A stretch of 64,000 nt of DNA, from contig JBKEAI010000084.1 of the NCBI GenBank assembly GCA_047972145.1, positions 177 through 64,176 on the forward strand. The letters are read 5' to 3'. The translations under genes and the position numbers were made by a program. Below the pieces are notes generated by a model, which did not search any database, was not told where the DNA came from, and was given only the letters and a program-made list of their open reading frames with translations. The DNA comes from Microthrixaceae bacterium (GTDB taxonomy: Bacteria; Actinomycetota; Acidimicrobiia; Acidimicrobiales; Microtrichaceae). This document shows positions 19,422 through 31,890 of the stretch, piece after piece; position 1 is the first letter of the stretch, and the number at the start of each line of letters is the position of its first letter.

Positions 19422-19481
19422 AGCGTGTCACATTTCGTCGGTGGCGATGCCCGGTTGGCCCCGAACCGGAGCAGGACGCTG

Positions 19482-22928
<3,447 letters not shown>

Positions 22929-23010
22929 TCGGATCGATCGGATGAACCGCAGCGCTCGAACGAACCGCAGCGCCGGTGCCGGTGCGTCGAGGTCGGGGGC
23001 CGGTAGCGGC

Positions 23011-23934
23011 ATGCAGGTGGACCCGGCGGTCCAGGTGGGGTCCGTTCAGCTGCGCAATGCCGTGATGACGGCGTCTGGAACCTCGGGTCACGGTACCGAG
23101 CTCGGGTCCTTCATGGATCTGGCGAGCCTCGGCGCGGTGGTGGTCAAGTCGATGAGGGAGGAACCCTGGCCGGGGAATCCGCCTCCCCGGGTGCACCCGG
23201 TACAGGGGGGCATGATCAACAGCGTCGGCCTCCAGGGTGAGGGGATCGAACACTGGCGAACCGAGCACCTTCCTTCCCTGCGACGCTCGGGCGCGACCGT
23301 CGTGGCGAGCATCTGGGGTCGCAGCGTCTCGGAGTACCGGGCCGCTGCGGATGCCCTGGGTGGGGTCGGCGAGGAGGTGGTGGCGGTGGAGGTGAACCTG
23401 TCGTGTCCGAACCTCGACGGCGGGGCGCACCTGTTCGCCCACGATCCCGATGCCGCCGCAGAGGTGATCGCCGCGACAGCGGGTTGCGGTCGGCCCCGCT
23501 GGGCGAAGCTGTCGGCCAACACCGACAGGGTCGTGCAGGTTGCCGAGGCGGTCGCCGGCGCCGGCGCCGAGGCCGTGACCCTGATCAACACCCTCATGGG
23601 CATGGTGATAGACGTCGACACGGCGCGCCCGGTGCTCGGCTCTGGCTCCGCGGGCGGCGGCCTGTCGGGAGTGGGGATCCACCCTGTGGCGGTGCGGACC
23701 GTGTTTGATGTACATGCCGCCGTACCCGCGCTGGCGATCATCGGTGTGGGGGGAATCACAGATACCCGCGGTGCACTCGAGATGATCATGGCTGGGGCGG
23801 ATGCGGTGCAGGTGGGAACTGCCAGCTTCGCGGAGCCCCGTAGTGCCCACATGATCCGTGTGGGTCTGGAACACTGGTGCGGTACCCACGGTGTGGGAGC
23901 CGTATCGGAGCTGAAAGGACGAGCACATGGGTGA
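23011..23934 (+). CDS. pyrD: Dihydroorotate dehydrogenase, class 1 catalytic subunit
   Basis: LRNAVMTASGTSGHG, NLSCPN (Cys base typical of class 1) and GGLSG. ATG 23011 chosen. An in-frame ATG at 22942 is also possible. Confidence 0.9.
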   Translation: MQVDPAVQVGSVQLRNAVMTASGTSGHGTELGSFMDLASLGAVVVKSMREEPWPGNPPPRVHPVQGGMINSVGLQGEGIEHWRTEHLPSLRRSGATVVASIWGRSVSEYRAAADALGGVGEEVVAVEVNLSCPNLDGGAHLFAHDPDAAAEVIAATAGCGRPRWAKLSANTDRVVQVAEAVAGAGAEAVTLINTLMGMVIDVDTARPVLGSGSAGGGLSGVGIHPVAVRTVFDVHAAVPALAIIGVGGITDTRGALEMIMAGADAVQVGTASFAEPRSAHMIRVGLEHWCGTHGVGAVSELKGRAHG

Positions 23935-24643
23935 GATGGAGCCGGCGATGGTGGCCGATGCGGTGCCGGAGTCGGTTCGTGCACGTCTCGCGCTGGCACT
24001 CGATCTCGACGACCTCGTGGAGGCGCACCGCATCGCAGCAGATCTCCGCCCGTGGTTCGGTGTGACCAAGATCGGCCTCGAGCTGTTCTGCGCCGCGGGA
24101 CCCGACGCCGTGGGGGCCATGCGCGACCTCGGCTACCAGATCTTCCTCGACCTCAAGCTGTTCGACATACCCACCCAGGTGAACCGCTCGGCGAGGGTGC
24201 TCGGAGCCCTCGGGGTGGACTACCTGACATTGCATGCACGAGGTGGGATCGACATGCTCCGCGCCGGGGTGGACGGCCTGCTCGAAGGAGCTGCCGGTGC
24301 CGGTCTACCCACTCCCACGGCCCTGGCGGTGACTGTGCTGACCAGCGACGACGACGCGCCGGCGCACATCGTGCCCAACCGCGTCAGGGTGGCAGTCGAA
24401 GGTGGTTGCAGCGGACTCGTGTTGGCTGCGGGTGACCTCCAGACCGCCAGGGAGCTGGCCCCGCGGCTCAAGCGGGTGGTACCTGGGATCCGACTCGCCG
24501 GGTCCGAGCACCACGACCAGTCGCGTGCGGCCACCCCACAGGAGGCGGTGGCCAACGGCGCCGATCTGTTGGTCATCGGAAGGACCGTCACGGCGGCCTC
24601 CGATCCCCATGCTGCCGCGGCAGCGGTGGCTTCGGCGGTCTGA
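23927..24643 (+). CDS. pyrF: Orotidine 5'-phosphate decarboxylase
   Basis: LALALD..., KIGLELF, FLDLKLFDIPTQV and DLLVIGR motifs. Confidence 0.9.
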   Translation: MGEMEPAMVADAVPESVRARLALALDLDDLVEAHRIAADLRPWFGVTKIGLELFCAAGPDAVGAMRDLGYQIFLDLKLFDIPTQVNRSARVLGALGVDYLTLHARGGIDMLRAGVDGLLEGAAGAGLPTPTALAVTVLTSDDDAPAHIVPNRVRVAVEGGCSGLVLAAGDLQTARELAPRLKRVVPGIRLAGSEHHDQSRAATPQEAVANGADLLVIGRTVTAASDPHAAAAAVASAV

Positions 24644-24650
24644 AGTACAC

Positions 24651-24998
24651 GTGGGTGCTTCACCACGAGGTGTGGAGGACCCCGCGGCGGATACCGGATC
24701 CGTGCGCTCGGATGCCCTCGAGTGGGCGCAGTCCGTGCGCGGCATGCGCTCGCAAACCTGTTCGGAGCTCTCGGTAGGTGCCCGGAGCATCGGCGAGGTC
24801 CTGGCGCTCCGTGACGATGCCCGGGTCGGCCACATCCACCTGTTGTGCCTGCTCGAGTCTCTACCGGGTGTGCGCAAGATCGACGTGCGACGACGGTTGG
24901 CGTCGCTCGGGCTTGCCCCGCGCGAGGCGATCGGCTCGCTCTCGGATGCAGAGGTTGCGTCGATCGAGGAGCACTTCGGGGGCCGGGGCAATGGCTGA
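24651..24998 (+). CDS. mihF: Integration host factor, actinobacterial type (mIHF)
   Basis: The C-terminal half LLCLLESLPGVRKIDVRRRLASLGLAPREAIGSLSDAEVASIEEHFG matches the mIHF helix-hairpin-helix pattern. Conserved position before gmk. Start uncertain (GTG 24651 or 24672). Confidence 0.7.
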   Translation: MGASPRGVEDPAADTGSVRSDALEWAQSVRGMRSQTCSELSVGARSIGEVLALRDDARVGHIHLLCLLESLPGVRKIDVRRRLASLGLAPREAIGSLSDAEVASIEEHFGGRGNG

Positions 24999-25617
24999 TC
25001 CGCAGCCCGATCCGGATCTCGACCGGGCACGCCGGGCACTCGACGCAGCCCTGTCGCCAGGGTCGTTGGTGGTCGTGGTGTCGGGTCCGGGCGGTGTCGG
25101 CCAGGGAACCGTCGTCGATCGCCTCGTGGCAGCGGACCGATTCCTACACGTGAACCGCTCGTGGACCACACGCGACCCTCGGCCGGGGGAGTCGCCCGAC
25201 TCCTACCACTTCGTAACGCGCGCCGAGTTCGAACGACACGCTGCCGACGGTGGTTTCCTCGAGTGGGTCGAGTTCCTCGACTACCTCCAGGGCAGCCCGG
25301 TGCCCGAGATCCCCGATGGCCACGACGTGCTCTTCGAGATCGACGTCGCCGGAGGTGAGCGGATCTCGAAGATCCACGACGACCCACTCCTGGTGTTCGT
25401 CGACGCGCCGGACCGCGCCACACAGGCCGAACGGATGCGCCTGCGCGGCGACCCGGAGGAAAAGGTGAAGCGCAGAATCGAGCACGCGGAGGCCGAGGTG
25501 GTTGCGGCCGGTGAGCTTCGGTACGTGAAGGTCGTGAACGACGATCTCGAGCGCACCGTCGGCGAGCTCGCCTCGTTGATCGAAACCGCCCGGAGGCGAC
25601 TGCGCGACGCGCGCTGA
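24991..25617 (+). CDS. gmk: Guanylate kinase (atypical P-loop)
   Basis: Alignable by eye to Gmk: WTTRDPRPGE..YHFV, FLEWVEF, FEIDVAGG, LRLRGDPEE, VVNDDL. The P-loop reads GPGGVGQGT instead of GxxGxGK(S/T). Confidence 0.88.
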   Translation: MADPQPDPDLDRARRALDAALSPGSLVVVVSGPGGVGQGTVVDRLVAADRFLHVNRSWTTRDPRPGESPDSYHFVTRAEFERHAADGGFLEWVEFLDYLQGSPVPEIPDGHDVLFEIDVAGGERISKIHDDPLLVFVDAPDRATQAERMRLRGDPEEKVKRRIEHAEAEVVAAGELRYVKVVNDDLERTVGELASLIETARRRLRDAR

Positions 25618-25863
25618 CAACGCCCCGGTTCCCCGCAGGGCCGGTTCTGCCAACAGCGCGCCGGTCGGTGCGCGATGTGCGTGGCCGTTAGCGCTAATGG
25701 GGCAGGGCCTTTCGGTGCGCGGATCCGTGGTGGATCGGCGTGTGGATGAGGCTCTCGGGCCCGATGCGCCGGTATACTTGTCAGTCGCGCAATCCGCCGC
25801 TTGCCGGCGCACGAACACAGGGCCATCCGTGCAGGTGCGGCTGGACGAGAGGTGAGACACCAT

Positions 25864-26205
25864 ATGCTCGATACGACCGACACGATGATGAACCCCGGCA
25901 TCGAGGAACTCCTCGATCGTGCTGGATCGAAGTTCTCCCTGGTGGCCGTGGCATCGCGTCGGGCCCGTGGTATCAACACCTACTACTCCCAGCTCGGCGA
26001 GGCGATGTCCCGAGGGGTGGTCCCCCCACAGGTGACTTCCAACGCCCACAAGCCGCTTTCGATCGCCTTCGAGGAGATCGCCGCGGACAAGATCGAAGGT
26101 GTCGGCGGCGCCACCGGAAGACCCATACCCGAGGCCCTGTTGGAGCCCGAACCCGAGCTGTCCGAGGAGTTCGACGGCGAGGGTGACGACACGGAGTCCG
26201 AGTAG
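25864..26205 (+). CDS. rpoZ: DNA-directed RNA polymerase subunit omega
   Basis: GIEELLDRAGSKFSLVAVASRRARGI. ATG 25864 preceded by GAGAGGTGAG. Confidence 0.9.
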   Translation: MLDTTDTMMNPGIEELLDRAGSKFSLVAVASRRARGINTYYSQLGEAMSRGVVPPQVTSNAHKPLSIAFEEIAADKIEGVGGATGRPIPEALLEPEPELSEEFDGEGDDTESE

Positions 26206-26214
26206 GACTGACCG

Positions 26215-27423
26215 TTGAGGGGGTTCGCCGGCCGCAGGGTCGTGCTCGGCGTGTGTGGCGGCATCGCCGCCTACAAGGCGGTCAGCCTCTGTCGACTGAT
26301 GGTCGACGCAGGCGCCCACGTGTCGGTGGTGATGACCGATGACGCCACCCGCTTCGTGGGAGAGGTCACCTTCTCTGCGCTGTCGTCCGAGCCGGTCCGC
26401 CGTTCGTTGTTCGAGGACACCACGGCGTCGATCCCACACACCCAGCTCGGGCAGAACGCCGATCTGGTGGTGGTGGCACCCGCTACCGCCCGGTTGATCT
26501 CGGCGTATGCAGCCGGGTACTCACACGACCTGTTGACCAACGTGCTGATCGCCACCACGGCTCCGGTGGTGCTGGCACCGGCCATGCACACCGAGATGTG
26601 GCAGCACCCCGCGGTGCGCCACAACATCTCTGTGCTGCGCGACCGCGGTGTGCACGTGGTGGGCCCCGCGAGCGGCCACCTCGCGGGCGGCGACGAGGGT
26701 CCGGGCCGGCTGGTCGAGCCGATCGAGATCGTGGACCACATCGACTCCGAGGTCTTCGGGGTGCTCGAGGACCTCGCAGGCCTCGAGGTCCTGGTGACCG
26801 CCGGCGGCACCCGCGAGCCGATCGATCCGGTGCGCTTCATCGGGAACCGCTCGTCTGGCAAACAGGGCCATGCGATCGCGGAGGCCGCCGCACGCCGCGG
26901 CGCGAAGGTGACCGTGGTCACCACCGTCGAGCGGCCCGTGCCCGCCGGTGTCGAGCGGGTGATGGTCGACACCGCCCGGTCCATGAACGCCGAGGTCACC
27001 GCAAGAGCGCCCAGCGCCGATGTGGTGGTGATGGCTGCGGCGGTGGCCGACTTCACCGTCGGGGGCGTGGCCGAGCACAAGCTCAAGAAGCGCGACGGCG
27101 TTCCCGCGATCCAGCTCGAACCTACCGTCGACATCCTGGCGGGTCTGGGCTCGCGCAAGCCCGAGGGCCAGATCCTGGTCGGCTTCGCAGCGGAGACCCG
27201 TGAACTGGTGGACAACGCGCGGGCGAAGCTGGAAGCCAAGGGCGCTGACCTGTTGGTGGCCAACGACGTGGCCTCAGAGCATGCCGGGTTTGAACACGAC
27301 ACCAACGAAGTGGTGATCTTGACCCAACAGGACGAGTGGCGTGTGGGTCCCGTGACCAAGTTGGAGATCGCACACGCGGTGCTCGATGCAGTGGTCGAAA
27401 AGCGCGGGGCGAACGGGCGTTGA
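26215..27423 (+). CDS. coaBC: Bifunctional phosphopantothenoylcysteine decarboxylase / phosphopantothenate--cysteine ligase
   Basis: GVCGGIAAYKA flavoprotein N-terminal domain, PAMHTEMW, and the CoaB domain (TAGGTREPIDPVRFIGNRSSGKQG). TTG start. Confidence 0.95.
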   Translation: MRGFAGRRVVLGVCGGIAAYKAVSLCRLMVDAGAHVSVVMTDDATRFVGEVTFSALSSEPVRRSLFEDTTASIPHTQLGQNADLVVVAPATARLISAYAAGYSHDLLTNVLIATTAPVVLAPAMHTEMWQHPAVRHNISVLRDRGVHVVGPASGHLAGGDEGPGRLVEPIEIVDHIDSEVFGVLEDLAGLEVLVTAGGTREPIDPVRFIGNRSSGKQGHAIAEAAARRGAKVTVVTTVERPVPAGVERVMVDTARSMNAEVTARAPSADVVVMAAAVADFTVGGVAEHKLKKRDGVPAIQLEPTVDILAGLGSRKPEGQILVGFAAETRELVDNARAKLEAKGADLLVANDVASEHAGFEHDTNEVVILTQQDEWRVGPVTKLEIAHAVLDAVVEKRGANGR

Positions 27424-27485
27424 GCAGGCCGGTTCGCACTTGTGGAACAGATGTAGGACTATGAAATGTCACGAACGGAGATGAA

Positions 27486-28688
<1,203 letters not shown>

Positions 28689-28840
28689 TATCTCTGATCC
28701 CGGTGCGGCTATCGGGATGCGGTGAGTTCGGCACGCCGCCGGGTCTGCATCGTGGGTGCGGTGCCGAGGGTAGGGCTCCGAGTGCAGCGGTGGGCTCTGC
28801 GCGCTGAGCACACCGGTCCAAGGCGTGGGATGCTCCGGCG

Positions 28841-30829
28841 GTGAGCCTCTTCGGCGACGACATCGGCCGCGTCGAGCGGCAACCCGCACAAGACCGACAG
28901 CGTCGACGAAGTCGCTCGCGCACCGGTCGAACCGGCACCGATGCGCGGGTGGTCGAGGTCGTGCCCGACGTAGCCGCCCTGGGTCGCGCGCTGCACTACG
29001 TCGAACCTTCCAACCTGGCGCGCCCGCTGGTCGTGGGCGACCTGGTGCGGATCCCGTTGAACGGTCGGCGCGTGAGAGGTTGGGTGACCGCGCTGGAGGT
29101 GGAGCCCGATGCCGAGCTCGACCTGGAGGCCATCGCGAAGCTCACCGGCTACGCACTCGACGCGGAGGTGATCGAGCTCTGCCGCTGGACGGCTCGACGA
29201 TGGGTGGGTCGCCTGGCGACCCTGCTGGCCTCGGCCACCCCCCAGCGTGCCGTGCCCGGGCTATCCCGCAGGGTTCCTGTGCATGCGGGCAGAGTCGGCG
29301 ATGGCGACCCCGGTGCTGTGAGGCCGCCAGGCGGCGAGCTGGCCGAAGCGGTTCGGGAGCTGGCCGGGCGCGGCGCCGGCACCCACCTGCTCACGGTGTC
29401 GCCGACGACCGACCCGTCGGCCGCTGTGGTTGCGCTGTCCTCGCTCGGCCAGTTGATGATCGTGACGCCGGGGTCCGCACACGTGCGCCGGATCAGCGGC
29501 GCCCTGCGCCGCGGGGGTACGACCACCGCCGTGTGGCCCGGCGGTACTGCGGACACCCTCGTCGGGCACACGGTGGTCGGCGGCCGCGGCGTTGTGTTCG
29601 CGCCGACGGGTGACCTACGTGCGATCGTGGTCATCGACGAACACGACGAGCGGCTCCAGAACGAGTCGTCTCCGACCTGGCATGCCCGCGAGGTGGCGAT
29701 CGAGAGGGCGCGCCGTGCCGGTGTGCCCTGCATCCTGATCTCACCGACGCCCTCCCTGGAGGCGCTCCTGGCCATGGGGTCACCTGCTTCGGGTGTGTCG
29801 CGTCCCACCTTGGCGCCCCCGCACACCCACCAGGTGGGGTCGGAAGCCGACGGTTCCCCCATGGCGATCCCGGCGCGTGAACGTCGGGTGGGCTGGGCAC
29901 AGCTGGTGATCGTGGACCGCAGGCGGGACGATCCTCGTACCGGGCTGTTCTCACCGGATCTGGTGGCCGAGATCCGCAGGGCGCGCGAGGCGGGTACTTC
30001 GGTGATCTGCGTGCTGAACAGGACCGGCCGTGCGAGGCTTCTCGCCTGTCGGAGTTGTGGATCGGTCGCAGAATGTGAGAGATGCGGTGCCGCGGTGCGC
30101 AGCGATGGAGACTCGCTCACGTGCCCACGATGCGCGACGACTCGACCCGAGGTATGCCTGGTCTGTGGTGGCCTGTCGATGAAGGTGCTCCGCATGGGGG
30201 TCACCAAGGCCCGAGACGACCTCGAAGCACTCCTGCGGGAACCGGTCACCGAAGTCACCGCGGCGACGCCACCCGGTTCCGAACGGCGCGCGGGTGTGGT
30301 GATGGGAACGGTCGCCGCTCTGAACCGGAACCTGGACGCGCCGATGGGTCCGACCGGTGTGCCACCGGTCGGGCTCGTGGCGTTTCTCGATTTCGACCAG
30401 GAGCTCCTGGCCACCCGCTACCGGGCGTCGGAGGAGGCGCTGTCGCTCCTGGTCGACGCATCGAGGGTGGTCGGCGGTCGCAGCGGCCGGGTACTGGTCC
30501 AGACGCGTCGCCCGAACCATGCTGTGCTCACCTCGGCCACCTCGGGTGACACCAGGGCGCTCAGCGAGCTCGAGTGGGCGCGGCGGGAGCTCCTGGGACT
30601 CCCACCGGCTGCCGCGATCGCGGCGGTCGGAGGCGAGGCGGCACCGCAGTGGATCGAGCGGCTGGCCGGGGTCGATCGTGCGCACGCGGTGGATGTCACC
30701 GGCCCTCGGGACGGCTGGTGGCTCGTGCGGGCACCGCGGTGGGACACACTGTCGGAGATCTGTGGTTCGGTCGAGCGCCCGAAGGGCCGCTTGCGCCTCC
30801 AGGTCAACCCGATGAGCCTGCCGACATGA
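28841..30829 (+). CDS. priA: Primosomal protein N' (PriA), Walker A motif not evident
   Basis: N-terminal 3'-DNA-binding-type domain (GDLVRIPLNGRRVRGWV), VVIDEHDE (DExH-like) and a Cys-rich zinc module (CRSCGSVAECERCGAAV...CPRC...CLVCGG). No GKT or GKS anywhere in the translation. Confidence 0.88.
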   Translation: MSLFGDDIGRVERQPAQDRQRRRSRSRTGRTGTDARVVEVVPDVAALGRALHYVEPSNLARPLVVGDLVRIPLNGRRVRGWVTALEVEPDAELDLEAIAKLTGYALDAEVIELCRWTARRWVGRLATLLASATPQRAVPGLSRRVPVHAGRVGDGDPGAVRPPGGELAEAVRELAGRGAGTHLLTVSPTTDPSAAVVALSSLGQLMIVTPGSAHVRRISGALRRGGTTTAVWPGGTADTLVGHTVVGGRGVVFAPTGDLRAIVVIDEHDERLQNESSPTWHAREVAIERARRAGVPCILISPTPSLEALLAMGSPASGVSRPTLAPPHTHQVGSEADGSPMAIPARERRVGWAQLVIVDRRRDDPRTGLFSPDLVAEIRRAREAGTSVICVLNRTGRARLLACRSCGSVAECERCGAAVRSDGDSLTCPRCATTRPEVCLVCGGLSMKVLRMGVTKARDDLEALLREPVTEVTAATPPGSERRAGVVMGTVAALNRNLDAPMGPTGVPPVGLVAFLDFDQELLATRYRASEEALSLLVDASRVVGGRSGRVLVQTRRPNHAVLTSATSGDTRALSELEWARRELLGLPPAAAIAAVGGEAAPQWIERLAGVDRAHAVDVTGPRDGWWLVRAPRWDTLSEICGSVERPKGRLRLQVNPMSLPT

Positions 30830-31740
30830 GCGCGGGGCCACCCGCCGAGATCGACATCGATTCATCCCTGGTGCGGGGCCTGGTCGCGGGTCAGTGCCCT
30901 GATCTGGCCACATCACCTCTGCGGTTCGTGGCCAACGGCTGGGACAACACCCTGGTCCGAGCCGGTGAGCACGCCCTACTTCGACTGCCCCGTCGCTCCG
31001 TCGCTGCGGAGCTTCTACGCAACGAGGCGACCTGGTTGCCCCGGATCGCTGCTGACCTGCCGATTCCGGTACCGGTTCCCATCCATCTGGGACACTCCAC
31101 GGGTGACTACCCGTTCCCGTGGACAGTCGTACCGTGGTTCGAGGGCGAAGTCCTCTCCGCCACAGCGCTGGAGCACCCCGGCCGTGTGGCAACCGCACTC
31201 GGCTCCTTCGTCGGTGCGCTGCACGTCGATGCGCCCGCCGACGCTCCCCACAACCCATACCGCGGTGTGCCCCTGGTGCAGCGCGACGCCGTGACCCGAA
31301 GCAGACTCCTGGGAGCCCACGGGTTACTCCAGGCGGCGAGGATCGACCCTGACGAGGTTCGCCAGGCCTGGGATGACGCGCTGGGTGCCGAACCTCACCA
31401 GGGGCCCGCCCACTGGGTACACGGAGACCTGCATCCGCACAACATCGTCGCGCGACACGGCGAGATCGTGGCGGTGATCGACTTCGGTGACATCACCGCA
31501 GGAGACCCGGCTACAGATCTGCTCGCTGCGTGGTACCTCTTCGAGCAGGCAGAACGCGACGCGTTCCGGTCCGCGGTCGGGATCGCAGGTGGGTCGATCG
31601 ACGACGCTCAGTGGGCGCGTGGCAAGGGTTGGGGGATAATCCACGCGCTCGCCGTGATCGACGGTGAGACGCCGGGTTCACCGCTCGCACAGCTCGCCAT
31701 CGGTGCGCTGGCGCGGATGATCGGTTCGAGCGGAGACTGA
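30826..31740 (+). CDS. Aminoglycoside/choline-kinase-fold phosphotransferase (APH family)
   Basis: WVHGDLHPHNIV catalytic loop and VIDFGDITAGDPATDL. The ATG overlaps the priA stop (ATGA). Confidence 0.8.
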   Translation: MSAGPPAEIDIDSSLVRGLVAGQCPDLATSPLRFVANGWDNTLVRAGEHALLRLPRRSVAAELLRNEATWLPRIAADLPIPVPVPIHLGHSTGDYPFPWTVVPWFEGEVLSATALEHPGRVATALGSFVGALHVDAPADAPHNPYRGVPLVQRDAVTRSRLLGAHGLLQAARIDPDEVRQAWDDALGAEPHQGPAHWVHGDLHPHNIVARHGEIVAVIDFGDITAGDPATDLLAAWYLFEQAERDAFRSAVGIAGGSIDDAQWARGKGWGIIHALAVIDGETPGSPLAQLAIGALARMIGSSGD

Positions 31741-31824
31741 TTGTTCGCCGCTCCACGGTGCGCTCGCCGCGCTAGCGGTGCGCTCGCGGTGCGCTCGGCG
31801 ACCGGGTCGATCGGTCCGGCTGTG

Positions 31825-31890
31825 CTACTGCGACCAGATGTCGAGGCTGCTGCGACCGGATGTCGAGGCTACTGCGACCAGGCGTCGAGG
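31825..31890. repeat. 22-bp tandem repeat x3 spanning the 3' end and stop codon of the esterase gene
   Basis: ctactgcgaccagatgtcgagg / ctgctgcgaccggatgtcgagg / ctactgcgaccaggcgtcgagg. The third unit encodes ...LDAWSQ-stop on the minus strand. Confidence 0.95.

Noticed and set aside
25688-25697. 10-bp perfect palindrome TTAGCGCTAA in the gmk-rpoZ spacer
   Set aside because: Palindromes of this length are expected dozens of times by chance in 64 kb, and there is no second copy or flanking signal.
27424-27485. SAM riboswitch upstream of metK
   Set aside because: The intergenic region is only 62 nt and relatively AT-rich, which is too short for any SAM riboswitch class. It more likely contains just a promoter and RBS.
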